From Phyllobates terribilis (Eukaryota): a stretch of 64,000 nt of DNA. The translations under genes and the position numbers were made by a program. The stretch is from assembly GCF_046119375.1 (NCBI RefSeq), contig NW_027362762.1:475292001-475356000 (forward strand). The letters are read 5' to 3'. The notes under the pieces were generated by a model. It had not been told where the DNA came from. It was given only the letters and a program-made list of their open reading frames with translations, and did not search any database. Shown in pieces: positions 1-12,930 of the stretch. Each line of letters begins with the position of its first letter. Position 1 is the first letter of the stretch.

Positions 1-129
1 TCATGCGCACTGTTACTCCATTCATTCTTAGGGAAGTTCTGAAGACTAGATCTTCTAATTCTGTAAGTTTAGAGTTCTAAACCTTCTCTGGCATTAACAA
101 CAGCAGAATAACCACACGACATGAGACCC

Positions 130-345
130 TTGGTTCTAGTGAAGAGAAATCTTAATATTGCAGCATACCAAGACATTTTGGACAATTTTTTGCTCACAAC
201 ATTGTGGGAACAGTTTATGAAAGTCCCTTTCTGATCCAGCATGACTTTACCCCAATACACAAAGCAAGGTCCATAAAGGCAGGGTTGTGTGACAATGGTG
301 TGGAAGAACAGAGAATGGACCCCAGCCCCTTCGAACACTTCTGTT
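130..345 (+). mobile_element. Tc1-like transposase remnant (DDE region)
   Basis: Frameshifted translation gives AAYQDILDNFLLTTLWEQF followed by PFLIQHDFTPIHKARSIK...GVEE, typical of the Tc1 catalytic domain around the second Asp. Confidence 0.7.
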
Positions 346-539
346 CGAACAACAGAAATTTTGAGACAGGCCCTCTAATCCAACCTCTTTGCTACTAGCA
401 TCTGCAGCTCTTTCTTTGATAAGCTAATCAGGCATGACATCACACGTGAGTTATACTGCAACGATGATATCGCTCCAAGCCAGCTAATCAAAAGAGGAGC
501 CATGGATGTTGTCAGATAAGGGGCAGTTCTTAGGACATC

Positions 540-2668
540 CCTTTAGTGGCAACATATCTCCAAATCACACCTCACCACTTGCACACTTGACCCCATCCCA
601 CCTCCTCCCCAACCTCACCACCACAGTTATCCCATCCCTAACCCATCTCTTCAACCTATCACTAAGTTCTGCAACCTTATCTTCTGCTTTCAAACATGCC
701 ACAATCACGTCTATCCTCAAAAGGCCATCCCTCGACCCGACCACTATTGTCCCGTATCGCTGCTCCCATTCGCTTTCAAACTCCTTGATCAACATGTTCA
801 CACTGAACTTTCCTCCCACCTCTCATCTAACTCGCTCTTCGATAACCTACAATCTGGCTTCCGTCCCCACTATTTCACTGAAACGGCTCTGACCAAAATT
901 ACTAACGACTTACTTACAGCTAAAGCCAATAGACAATTCTCTATACTCCTCCTTCTAGACCTGCCCTCTGCCTTCGACACAGTTGACCATTGCCTCCTAC
1001 TACAGATCCTCTCTTCCTTTGACGTCAAAGACCTTGCCCTATCCTGTATCTCATCATATCTTTCCAACCGCACATTTAGCGACTCCCACACTACCTCCTC
1101 ATCCCGCCCTCTCTCTGTTGGAGTCCCTCAAGGCTCTGTCCTAGGACCCCTACTCTTCTCCATCTGTACAAATGGCCTGGGACAACTCAAAGTTCCATGA
1201 CTTGCAATACCACCTATATACTGATGACAATTAGATCTACCTCTCTGGCCCAGATGTCACCCCACTGCTGTCCAGAATCCCTGAGTGTCTATCAGCCATA
1301 CCCTCCTCCTTTTCCTCTCGCTGTCTCAAACTCAATGTGGACAAATCTGAACTCATTATCTTTCCTCCATATCACGAATCTTCCCTACCTGATCTATCAC
1401 AATAAATTACATCACGCTTTTTCCTGTACCAGAAATCCACTGCCTCGGAGTAATCCTTGACTCGGCCCTGTCCTTCAAACTGCACATTCAAGCTCTCGCC
1501 ACCTCCTGTCGCCTCCAGCTCAAAAATATTTCCAAAATCCATTCTTTCCTCAACTCTCAATCTACTTAAATTCTTGTGCATGCCCTCATCATCTCCTGCC
1601 TCGACTACTGTAACATCCTCCTCTGTGGCCTACCTGCTAACACTCTCGCACCTTTTCAGTACATCCTTAACTCTGCTGCCCAACTAGTTCATCTCTCTTC
1701 TTGCTACTCCTCCGCTTCTCCCATTTGCAAATCCCTTGATTGGCTCCCAATTTCCCATCATATCCAGTTCAAACTATTAAAACTGACCTACAAAGCCATC
1801 CACAACCTGTCTCCTCCGTACATCTCTGAACTAATCTCCGATCCTTCCAAGACCTCCTTCTCTCCTTCACACTTATTCGTTCCTCACCCAATCACCTCCA
1901 AGACTTTTCCAGAATATCCCCCATTCTCTGGAATTTTGTGCCCCAACACGTCTGATTATCCACCACATTCGGATCCTTCAGATGGAACCTGAAAACCCAT
2001 CTCTTCAAGATAACTTACAGCCTGCAATGACCATGATGGCACCTCAACACCACCAGAGCTATTGCAACTCCCCAACCTAAATCTCCATCATCAAGTAGAA
2101 TGTAAGCCCGCAAGGGCAGGGTCCTCTTCCTTTTGTACCAGTCTATCATTTTTACTTTGGTTACTGACAATTATATCTGTATTTTGTATGTAACCCCTTC
2201 TCATTTACAGCATCATTTTGTAAATGTTTTTCCCAGCAATATGCGCTCCTGAAGGATGATGATGGAACTCGATATTCGGATTCAAAGATTGTATTTTAGT
2301 TTGAAATAAAAATTATCTTTGAATCCGAATATCGAGTTCCATCATCATCCTTCAGGAGCGCATATTGCTGGGAAAAACATTTACAAAGTGGTATCGCCCA
2401 TGAAAGCACTGTCCAGTGCACTCATTAGCTCCCAGATTTCTGCAGCAAACAGAAAGGAAAAAGGAATGGAGTGATCCACTGATTGGATCTGCATGCAGTG
2501 CCTCAAGACACCAAATAGGTGAGTGGATTGATACTGAGTATATACCCTTGGAATCTAACTACTACACTTAGAAGCCTGCGCTTCCTATTTTCTCTCCCTA
2601 TAATCCCCTCTTGTTTCATTTACAGCATCATGGAATCAATGGTGCTATTTAAATAAATAATAATAATA
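540..2668 (+). mobile_element. L2 (CR1/L2 clade) LINE, 5'-truncated and frameshifted, with 3' tail
   Basis: RT motifs in shifting frames: LTHLFNLSLSS, LDLPSAFDTVDH (~955-990), GVPQGSVLGPLLFSI (~1120-1165), YTDD (~1218), HALIISCLDYCNILLCGLP, LDWLPI. Ends in an L2-type tail with an (AAT)n run at ~2650-2668. Confidence 0.85.
2217..2387. repeat. Perfect 73-bp inverted repeat with 25-nt spacer
   Basis: 2217-2289 (TTTGTAAATG...TTCAAAGAT) is the exact reverse complement of 2315-2387 (ATCTTTGAA...CATTTACAAA). Confidence 0.95.
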
Positions 2669-4281
2669 ACAGATCACTAATGTTGGCAGTGGATCAGGTC
2701 CGGCAAATTGAATTGCATATAATCTAGAAAGCAGCATAAAATGGGGATAGAAAAGTTCTCTTAATGATAAGCTCTACCTAACTCGGCCCTGCCATTGATT
2801 GAAAGCACTAAGCCTACACTCTACATAGGAGGACAGTCACTTTGAGGTCTGCAGCTCTTGCATGAGCTGGGCATACAGAGCGGTGTATGGGCTCAATAAT
2901 TTTTGTGAGAGTGAATGTACACACCCATAGACATACTTATGAATCTATACTCTGAGCATGCAGATTCAGAGCGACGCTTTGATCGATCGGTGTGGGTCTC
3001 AGGACCACGACCCTCACTGATCAGTAACACTATGCAAGTGCCTTTAATATATAAAATCTTTTATGAAATGTCAGTTGCCTTTTAATAACTTATTGAGCCT
3101 AATAATATTTTTTTCCTTATTCAAAATGATTATATTTTTCCTATGGTCACACTTTACCTACAATGAGATCTGTACACAGTTGTGCCAAGTGTTTTATTTG
3201 GTAGCCAATGTATTTCTCACATAAATTTTAAATGTAAAATCCGTTTGAAGTATGATTGTATTAAAATATAAGAAAAAAATAAATGTACATGGATAGTGAT
3301 GTTGCTGTAATTCTGCCAGCAGGTGGCATTAACACATGCAAAATAACGTGAACGGCTTTTATTAAACTGACATCATTTTTTTCTAGTTTACTGATTTTCC
3401 ATTAGCAAAAAAATAAATAAAGAGATTTTAAGGTTATTCTTCCTGGGAAAAGTATGCAGAGTGGATTCTCTCCAGAAGGTGGCCCTTGAAAGACCGTTTT
3501 CTGCCTTCTGGAGAACTATTTTGCATGCATTGACCTCATTCCTGCTCCTGTTTGAAGATTATCAAGTGCGATATTTTCAGTCTAGCTTTTGATCCATTTT
3601 CTTAGTTAGATGTGCCTGGCGACATGTGGAAAGGAAGTCTGCTTGATTACTGCTGATGTAACATTATCTTTGGGCGATTGTTCTTGTGTGCCAACATAAA
3701 TCCCTGGAGACAGTTATTCTGCAGCCTTATTTCATTATGTATCCACACAGTGCAGAAGTACAATACCTATTAGTCCCTTAGACCCAGAATTTCCACTGCT
3801 GGTGCTCAGCAACAGAAGGACATAATCCAATGTGAAAAATGTACAGTGGCATTCACCAGCCAATTTTATCCTCCTTAGTCTATGAACAGCAGAAATGCAT
3901 TGTGCATTAGGGCTTCAGCACAGAAAGGGCATTTCTCAGAGCCTATGCTTCTTAGGTATGTGCACACGACATCTTTTTCAGGCGGTTATGCGCCATATCC
4001 CGCCTGAAAAAGTTGAAAATAAATGTCAAAAAGAATGAACATATCATTGTAATATAAAAACGACCTGCTGTTCATATGTTCAGTCTTTGGCGCTTAGTTT
4101 AACCTTTTCTAGTCTCCAAAGATACAAAGCGATTAAAAGAAGTGAGCAGTCCATTCTTCTGGCCGCATCTGCTTTGAAGCCAATCACTAGTTTATGCAAT
4201 ACATATTAAAAAAATGTTGCAAAAACTGACCAGACACCAAAAAAAGATGCTACAGAAGAAGAGATGCTAGCGTGTCCTTAA

Positions 4282-4603
4282 AGCGGTTACCCCCCCCCCC
4301 AGCGCGTCACACCCGGCATCCACCGCGCACTCTGCCTCTCCCCATTCATTGGGAAAGCGCTCGGTGGATGCTGGGTGTGACAAGGGCAGAACCCCGTCCA
4401 CCGGGACCCCAGCGCTGAGTCACTCCTCACTTGTCGTGACGTCAGCGCAGGGTCACGTGATGCCTGTGAGCGGCCAAGGATAGCGCCGCTCACAGGCAGA
4501 AACAGCAACGTAAGGTATTTACAAAAATCCTTAGGGGCTTCGGCGAAATACATTGGGGGGGGGGGGGGGGTAATACAAAAAGTACTGGACTTCTTTAACT
4601 GCT
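4282..4603. mobile_element. TTAA/T2-like MITE with inverted C and G tracts
   Basis: TTAA-AGCGGTTACCCCCCCCCC at the left and GGGGGGGGGGGTAA...AACTGCT at the right. The right TSD is degenerate. Confidence 0.45.
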
Positions 4604-4695
4604 TTCCTCCCCAAAAACTTGGCTGGTTCGCATACATCTAAAAGGCGTACTGTGCACATAACCTGGGAGCCACACAAAGGCCCAAAGCAGAGTAA

Positions 4696-5185
4696 GGCTG
4701 CGTTCCCACAATGAGTTTTTGACACGGCGTATTTATGAAAAAAATGCAAGTAACCTATCTTACTTAATAGGTGCAGAAATGCTGCAGAAAATCTGCAACA
4801 TCAAAAACTCACGAAAAACTCTGTGGGAACGTAGCTTAAGGCTACGTTCCCACAATCAGGAAGTAGCAATGCTTTGAACGCAGTGTATATTCGCTGCGTT
4901 CTAATCACGCAGCTAAATCCGCATGTGTTTACTACACCATTCGTATTTAACGCAACCTATCCATTCTATTGTGGAAATTTGCGTCTCCACAACAGAAATT
5001 GACACACTGTGGATCCTAAAGACGCGCCGCGGGTGAGGTTACGCGCTGGCAAATAGAAGCACAGTGGGCATGGGATTTCTATAAATCCAATCCACTGCGC
5101 TTGTACTGTACAACGCAGCGGTTTGGACACAACGCAGGTGAGCTGCGTCCAAACCGCTGTTACTTCGGATCGTGGGCACGTACCC
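4696..5185. mobile_element. Two abutting Harbinger-type MITEs sharing a TAA
   Basis: TAA-GGCTGCGTTCCCACA...TGTGGGAACGTAGCT-TAA(4837-4839)-GGCTACGTTCCCACA...GTGGGCACGTACCC. Confidence 0.6.
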
Positions 5186-5686
5186 CAAAGACTGTGTGAA
5201 ATAATCATCGGCTCTGAACCCTAAAGCCACGTGCACATGTTCAGTATTTGGTGAGGCTTTTACATCAATATTTGTAAGCCGAAATCATGAGTGGAACAAT
5301 TATAGGAAAAATAGATTAGAAACATGTGCACCACTTCTGCATTTTTTTTACCCATTCCTGGTTTAGGCTTACAAATACTGAGGACATGGAGGTTCTGATT
5401 GCTAATATTTTGAGATTATGTAACTATTGTTAAAGAATTGCTTTCAGAATTATTTTTATTTACTGGTCTGATGGTAATAGATACAGTATGTAATAAGTGT
5501 CCGGCCATAGGGTACAAGTCTGCAGTCACTCTGTGATGCAGACTTGTGAATCCTCACATCATGCGTACTATGCTGATGTGAAGATCGGTGTACTGCTCAG
5601 GTATGCTGGTCAATTAGAATATATCACACAATACAGAAGTATGGAAGGACTATGCTGATTGACGGATTTCTGTCTCCCTGCATCTC

Positions 5687-5751
5687 CCAGCAATCTGTGT
5701 CTGATGAAGGTCAATGTTTTGGGGCCGAAACGTTACACTATATATTTCTGG
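5687..5751 (+). ncRNA. Minimal type I hammerhead ribozyme motif, probably from a Penelope-like element LTR
   Basis: GUGU-CUGAUGA-a-GGUC(loop)GGCC-GAAA-CGU-U-ACAC. The core boxes are intact, stem I is GUGU/ACAC with a distal CCAG/CUGG extension, stem II has 4 bp, and helix III is the palindromic AACGUU. AATAAA follows at ~5762. Confidence 0.7.
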
Positions 5752-6896
5752 ACTGCCAAAAATAAAAAGATCTATTTTTTTTTACTTTATTTTTACGGAA
5801 TGGAACGCTTCTTGAGCACTTGCTCCTTTTCACATGAGTGCTATATACTCATATCTATGCTTATCAATCATAAGCAGACAGCAACAATCAAAGGCAAGAA
5901 CATTGGCCCCCACTGTAGTTTAGAGCAGGTTTGTCAATGTGTGAGATGTAATCACAATTATGTCTTCTGTGCTCAAGCAACTTGTACTCGCTCTGCAGTG
6001 AGAGAAGGCGGTCATTACATCTCAAACAGGAGCAGTCTGCTCAGGACTACTTTTCTGCGAGATATGACAGCCTACTCTGATCTCACTCTTTAGCAATTAT
6101 AAGTTGAGTGTAGCAGACATAAGTTTCATTAAGGTCACATCTCTGGACTGGCAGTGTGAGGGAGGGGCAGTACAACAGGGGTGACTGTGCTAGAACAGGA
6201 GGAGAGCTGGTAGAAGGGTTTGTAATGTGACATAGCTAAACTCAGCTGTGCTTCTCCACCCCCTACAGCAACCTTATCTGAAAGGTGTTAGGCATCTGTG
6301 CTCTAATCATGCAGGAGGTTAAACCAGTGCTATATATTTACATCTGCTCTAAACTACTGTACTACTGTGGGTGTTTTCTTTTCTGCTGTGTTGCTGCCTG
6401 CTTATAATTGGTCAGCATCATACAGGGAGAAGAAGTACACACCCTCAGTGATAAATTTTTTTTGTTTAAGTCCAAGTGAGTGTTAGCTCATAGGGGTCAA
6501 ATACTTTGATTGCCAATATCTTCACGACAGAGATGCAATTTTTTTAAAAAAGTTTTATTTAGCTCTTCAACCATTGTTACATCAGGTGTCCAGTTCAACA
6601 TGAAATATTTGGTGAAAGGTCCTTTATCAGGAGTTGTTCCACAATTAATTATAATAATAACAATTTAGTCTGTTAGACCATCATAAATGTAATATTTTGA
6701 CTGAAGTCACTTCTATTGGCACCCTGTGTTGTTCTCGGTTCTTGGCACCCTCGTTCTGGAATCATAAGAACATCAATATGTTACTAATACCAGGAGCATT
6801 TTTTTTTTATTATTCCACTTGTTTTTTTGTTTTTTTTAAAGTTCTACATGATGTAACAGTCTAAATTAATATTTTATTGTGGGACAACCCTTTAAC

Positions 6897-7272
6897 AGAG
6901 GACCTGTCACTGGGTCAAAAGTGTCTAGTTTTGCTTTTATTTTATTGCGGCTGCTTCTTAAGTGTTCTGTAAATTAATTTTTTTGTTTTGTTTTAAAATC
7001 CACCCTACAATTCCAGAGAGATGGGCCTTTTTATTTAGTGCACCCAATATGCTACTTTTTATGATCTTTACCAAGAGAGCGTTGCTTAAATTCTGTTGGG
7101 GCATGTCTTTATGCTGCCCTGTGAGCAATACACCCCTTAGTAAAAACCATGAAAATTAACCTATTGTGATTTTAACACTAAAAAACAAAACAAAACAAAA
7201 AAGACCTGGAATACTCAGAGGAGCAGCAAGAATAAAACAATACGCCTTCTTTAACCTGTTGATAGGCCCTCT
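6897..7272. mobile_element. T2/Kolobok-type MITE
   Basis: TTAA-c-AGAGGACCTGTCA...TGATAGGCCCTCT-TTAA terminal inverted repeats. Confidence 0.6.
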
Positions 7273-7972
7273 TTAACTGTATAAATAACACAAGTCCTAT
7301 AAACTTAAGTACACTACACAGTATCAAATACAAAGTTACGAGTTATAAAACCGCAGATACAAGAAATGTTTCAGAGAAGAACATAGACCCACATGAATCA
7401 AAAATGGCATACCATGCACCAAAACTTTAATGTATTCACTTTAAAGGGATTGTCTACTACTCGGACAACCCCTTCTCAATCACTATGTTCCCCACTTATA
7501 AAATGACAACTATACTCACTTCAGGTGTGGGCGCTGAACCGCTTCTGATTTTTCTGCTTCCTGTGATGTCACATCAAGAAAGCAGTTCCTTCTTTTCCAC
7601 TCTGTTCTGTCGTCGAGGCACCACTGCTGACATTATGTTGATTGACCACCGGCTTCTTGCAGTTAGGCAATGGGGAGCTGGCTGTCAGTCAACATGATAT
7701 CAACAGTGATACCCTATCAACAGAGCAGAGCAGAAGAGAAGAGAAGGAACTGCTCTGACCTGACATCACAGGAAGCAGGAGAAATCGCCACACAGCAGAA
7801 GAGTCAGGTAGTTGGCAACTACCTGTTGATAAGTGCTAAGCCCCATAGAAAAAAGTCCTAAATAGCTCCTTAAATGAAAAGTTTTGTGCAAATTAAGTCA
7901 GCTTAAAGAGAAAAGAGTGGGAGACCACTGGGTTGCACCTTAATGTAGAGTTTTGTGCAAATTGTGACTCTA

Positions 7973-8800
7973 CAGTGGGGAAAATACGTATTTGATACAC
8001 TGCCAATTTTGCAAGTTTTCCTACCTACAAAGAATGGAGAAGTCTGTAATCTTTATCGTAGGTATACCTCACCTGTGAGAAACAGACTCTAAAAAGAAAA
8101 AACAGAAAATCACATTGTGTGATTTTTAAATAATTAAATTGCATTTTATTGCATGAAAAGTATTTGATCACCTACTAACCAGCAAGAATTCTCTCTCTCA
8201 CACACCTTAGTTTTTCTTTAAGAAGCCCTCCTACTCAGCACTTACTTGTATTAATTGCACCTGTTTGAACTCGTTACTTGTATAAAAGACACCTGTCCAC
8301 ACAATCACGCTCCAACCTCTCCACCATGGCCAAAACCAAAGAGCTGTCTAAAGACACCAGAGACAAAATTGTAGACCTGCACAAGGTTGTGATGGGCTAC
8401 AGGACAATAAGCAAGCAGCTTAGTGAGAAAGCAACAACTGTTGGCACAATTATTAGAAAATGGAAGAAACACAAGATTACTGTAAATCTTCCTCGGCCTG
8501 GGGCTCCATGCAAGATCTTGCCTCGTGGGGTAAGGAGGATTCTGAGAAAGTTCAGGAATCAAGCCAGAACTACATGGGGAGGACCTGGTCAATGACCTGA
8601 AGAGAGCTGGGACCACAGTCAAACATTACCGCTAGTAACACACTACGCTGTCATGGATTAAAATCCTGCAGGGCACGCAAGGTCCCCCTGTTCACACCAG
8701 TACATGTCCAGGCCCTTTTGAAGTTCGCCAATGACCATCTGGATGATCCAGAGGAGGCATGGGAGGTGATATCGTCAGATGAGACCAAAATGGAGCTTTT
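7973..8800 (+). mobile_element. Tc1-like (Passport-like) transposon, 3'-truncated
   Basis: TA-CAGTGGGGAAAATACGTATTTGAT terminus at 7971-7995. Transposase N-terminus [20 protein letters not shown]...[21 protein letters not shown], frameshifted, ending near SDETKMELF. Confidence 0.85.
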
Positions 8801-8823
8801 CACCTCCTGTGAAGTGGGACTAA

Positions 8824-10244
8824 AGGCCCCGTCACACATAACGAGATCGCTAGCGAGATCGCTGATGAGTCACGTTTTGGTGACGCAATAGCGATCTCGC
8901 TAGCGATTTCGTTATGTCTGACAGGTAGCAACGATCAGGCCCCTGCTGTGAGATCGCTGATCGTTACAAAGCTTCCTGGACCATTCCTGGGTCGTTGCGC
9001 TCCCGCTGGGCAGTGTGCATCACTGTATTTGACACCTTGTCAACGACCTCGCTAGCGATTCAGAACTGAGACACGTAGAGGTGCATAAATTGGACTTTTC
9101 TGCGTTCATCGTCCCCGATTGGTGGTCGCTACTGCGTCCTTGTTTTTTCAGATCCCACCAGCGTTCTCCGGCTGTGACTCCACTTTGAACAAATCAGACA
9201 TCTTTAGCGAAGTAGGTATTGTTTGGGGTCTCAAATGAGTTTCCATTTTTAATTCATTTATAGGACATCTACCAATTATCTGCTATCATTGCTCTTCAGG
9301 GAGGGAGGGCTTGGCTTCAATAGCGATCTCGTTAGCGATCTCGTTATGTGTGACGGGGCACCAGGACCGTTAAAATACTGGCAGCAGTTGTCGCGGCAGG
9401 TCTTCGCATCATGGGTGTTTCTGCCATGTCCCACTGGTTGAAGGCCTGCAATTGCAGGATCGTTTGCACGCTATTCACCGAGCTCCACTTCCCCATTGGC
9501 TCAGTCCACAGAGTCCACAAAGCCAGGCGGACAGTACGTAATTGCATCACGTCGACGAAGAAAGTTTTGAAGCGTGCAACAGGCCAAAAGAACAGAGTCT
9601 ATTGATTTAAGCTTCATGTTAATTGGCGTGTGAAAAACTCTGAAGCGGTTGGCCACGACAACGTGTCAGAAAACGTGCTGTGTGGGTGTGTGTGCACGAG
9701 ACCCCTAAAATATCTGCCCATGCAAAAGCATATATATACAGATAGAAACCAAGCCCTCCCTCCCTCCCTGAAGAGCAATGATAGCAGATAATTGGTAGAT
9801 GTCCTATAAATGAATTAAAAATGGAAACTCATTTGAGACCCCAAACAATACCTACTTCGCTAAAGATGTCTGATTTGTTCAAAGTGGAGTCACAGCCGGA
9901 GAACGCTGGTGGGATCTGAAAAAACAAGGACGCAGTAGCGACCACCAATCGGGGACGATGAACGCAGAAAAGTCCAATTTATGCACCTCTACGTGTCTCA
10001 GTTCTGAATCGCTAGCGAGGTCGTTGACAAGGTGTCAAATACAGCGATGCACACTGCCCAGCGGGAGCACAACGACCCAGGAATGGTCCAGGAAGCTTTG
10101 TAACGATCAGCGATCTCACAGCAGGGGCCTGATCGTTGCTACCTGTCAGACATAACGAGATCGCTAACGAGATCGCTATTGCGTCACCAAAAACGTGACT
10201 CATCAGCGATCTCGCTAGCGATCTCGTTATGTGTGACGGGACCT
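8824..10244. mobile_element. Non-autonomous PIF/Harbinger derivative with ~490-bp near-perfect inverted arms
   Basis: TAA-AGGCCCCGTCACACATAACGAGATCGCT...AGCGATCTCGTTATGTGTGACGGGACCT-TAA. 8824-~9318 is the reverse complement of ~9751-10244 with few mismatches. 3-bp TAA TSD. Confidence 0.9.
9358..9659 (-). pseudogene. Harbinger (HARBI1/DDE_Tnp_4-like) transposase C-terminal remnant
   Basis: Hand translation of the minus strand: VVANRFRVFHTPINMKLKSIDSVLLACCTLQNFLRRRDAITYCPPGFVDSVD*ANGEVELGE*RANDPAIAGLQPVGHGRNTHDAKTCRDNCCQYFNGPGA. This matches the recalled ANRFR..H..I...LACC.LHNFLR...YFNG.G pattern. Two in-frame stops. Confidence 0.8.
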
Positions 10245-12598
10245 TAACACCACATCTCCTTTTTGAAGCAGGGACCCCCTGCAGTGACCAGATGGTTACA
10301 GCAGGAACATTTTCTGGGAAACAGACAAGGCTGAGATCGGTTTACGCAGAGGAGGAGAAGTCAAAGGAACTTTGTTCCAAGGAAGAAGCATTCTAGGTTC
10401 AAAAGATTTTTCTGAGAGTGTTCCAGGCTTTGTGTCTTCATTGTCCAGATGTCAATATTGTTTTTTTCTATCGATCTGATATTTCGTCGTATCGGAGGGA
10501 CGGAAGTGATGCATTCATTCACATCACTGTGGGGCCACTAGAACCCTTCCAACTTAACGCGTCCGATAGATGATGCGAACTTGGCCATGTTTGATCTCTA
10601 TGTAATGGTAAAATCATAAGAAATATGACATCAATATCTAAAGCCCGCAACCTTCAGGGGCAAATATATCCTGTAAGTTGGGCATCTCATAAAATTCTAA
10701 CAGACCCAGCACATCTCACAATCCACCCCCACATGAGCTCATCAAGGGGAGGTATGTGTCCCGTAACTTTGAGCTAGTAAAAGCAGTATTGGGTCTAGGG
10801 CATTTGTCAGTCCTTGGAAGACATAGTTCGCTGTGGGTTCTTTCCATTTTCCCAATTGTATTGCTTCCCTCCGCTAAGCTCTGGGACATTTCTATGACCA
10901 GGTTTTGTAGTTTCCTTTCGTTATTTCTTTTTATTCCATGTAATTGTGTATATTGAATGGTTTGTTCCCATGTTGTGTCATCACGTATATATTTTGTAAA
11001 CACTGCCTATCTTTCTGGATTAAATATATAAAATTGAATAGCTCTGTTCCTCTTGCTCTATAAACCGCACCCCTGAAGCCATGTGCTACCTGTAACAGGT
11101 GTCCCAATTGGCCTGTATAAACGATTGGTAGTGTCAGCTATTAAAAGAATCTCAGCCTCAATGTCTTTTTCAAAACTCATTACCTGTTCACTGCAGGGGG
11201 CCACTACTTCAATGGAGACTGTGTGTCAGATCTCTCTCTTAATTCCCCTGTTTTAATTAGTTTTTCCCTTCCTCAGTTATAATTAGTTTTTTCTCTTCCC
11301 CATATGCGATATGTCCCCTTCTCTGGAGAGATCTGTATGGGTTTTAATTTTTCTCAATAACACTCTTTAATTTCCTAAATCAACAATACACATGAAAATA
11401 AGAAACTTTATAATATATAACTTATTGGAGAAATCTGATTATGTTTCCTCCCGGACTGATCTTTCATTGTCAGTATTCTCAAGTCACAGGCAAAAATCTG
11501 TCTTCAGTGGGTACAAATGTTCCCATTACTGAGATAGGTAGAGACAGTTGGTGGTCATAAAGTTCTATGGAGAACTGTAACTGTTTCAGAAGAACCTGCA
11601 GCAGAATGTCTGTCTGCCTCTGGCTACTCTCTTTCTACCCACCATAGAATTTTAAAAGCACCAACCGTCATCTCCTATCTCAATAATGGGAAAATCTGTC
11701 TTTACTGAATATAAATTTTACAGATTTTACCCATGAATTGAGAGTGAAAGAACAGTTTGGGAGGGGAAAGAAGCAGATTTCTCTGATAAGATATACTGTA
11801 AAGCTGCTTATTTTTACGTGTACTATTGCTATGTTTAATTAAAAACAAATGGATGGTTACTCTAAGTGTCAGAACTTTTCAATAAACAACTGATTTCTAC
11901 CTTGAGGATTACCCTTTCACAATTCTAAAGCCTCACAAATATTTTACCGATCTTGCTGTATTTTAGGCTTTAGTGAACATGCTCAAAAATGTAGCACTCA
12001 AATCAAATGTATCCTTCTATGTATTAGATCAGATTAGAATTGATGAAGCGGGATGTGAAGAACTTCTATTGATCTATGTTCCTTTAAAACTATATTGCTT
12101 TAACCCACAACCCCCAAATCTCTGCTGGCTCCTCTTTAGGTAGTAATTAAAATCCTGCTGAACATTTTTTTTTTTCATGATCCAATTGCCTGAACTCTGC
12201 TGAGGTTTCCACATAGCAGATGTGGAAAACACAAGATCTGGCATTTTCAGTAATCTAGTGCAGCCGGACTTCTCGGTTACCTGTTCAGACACGCTTATAG
12301 ACACAAGGCTTGATTTTGCCTGAACATGACATTCCTTACAGCTGAGTAACATCTGAAACTTAAAATTGCAACTTGGAGCTGACGTGGAATTCAAAAAAGG
12401 AGGAAGAAAAAAAATACATTGCATTCAAGATTTCCTAAACAACAAGATTCAGCTCCATCTCCATGCGGAAAGCAGCGTGCCTTACCGGTTATGTGGTTCA
12501 GCACGATTTGGTACTGTGAAAGCATGGCGTGCGAGCCCGCATCAAAGGCAGGGACACGACATACGACGTAAACTTACATCATGTCGTGAAGGTGTTAA

Positions 12599-12930
12599 AG
12601 GGAATCTATCACCAGGTTTTTGCTACCCCCTCTAAGAGCAGCATAATGTAGGAACAGAGACCCCGATTCCAATGATGTATCACTTACTTGACTTCTTGCT
12701 GTCATTCAGTTTTATCTGCTACAGATCTACCAGTTCTCTGCTGAGCTGTGTATAACCCCACCCACACCACTGATTGATAGCTTTATGTGTACACTGTGCA
12801 TAGGCAGAAAGCTGGGGTTATACAAAGCTCATGAATATGAAGGACTACATGGCAGCAGGGTTACTAGTCCTCTGATAATCTTATGCTAAAAAAAGCATTT
12901 TTATCAAAACTACAGCAAGCAACTGAGTAG
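12599..12930. mobile_element. T2-type MITE fragment, related to 48444-49235
   Basis: Starts TTAA-AGGGAATCTATCACCAGG. Shares internal blocks (CCCACACCACTGATTG, GCTCATGAATATG, CAAAACTACAGCAAG) with ~48975-49155. Confidence 0.5.

Noticed and set aside
10716-11040. 95-aa minus-strand ORF in unique-looking sequence
   Set aside because: It has a non-ATG start, no recognisable motif and no convincing splice signals. It may be an old retroelement fragment, but I cannot assign it.
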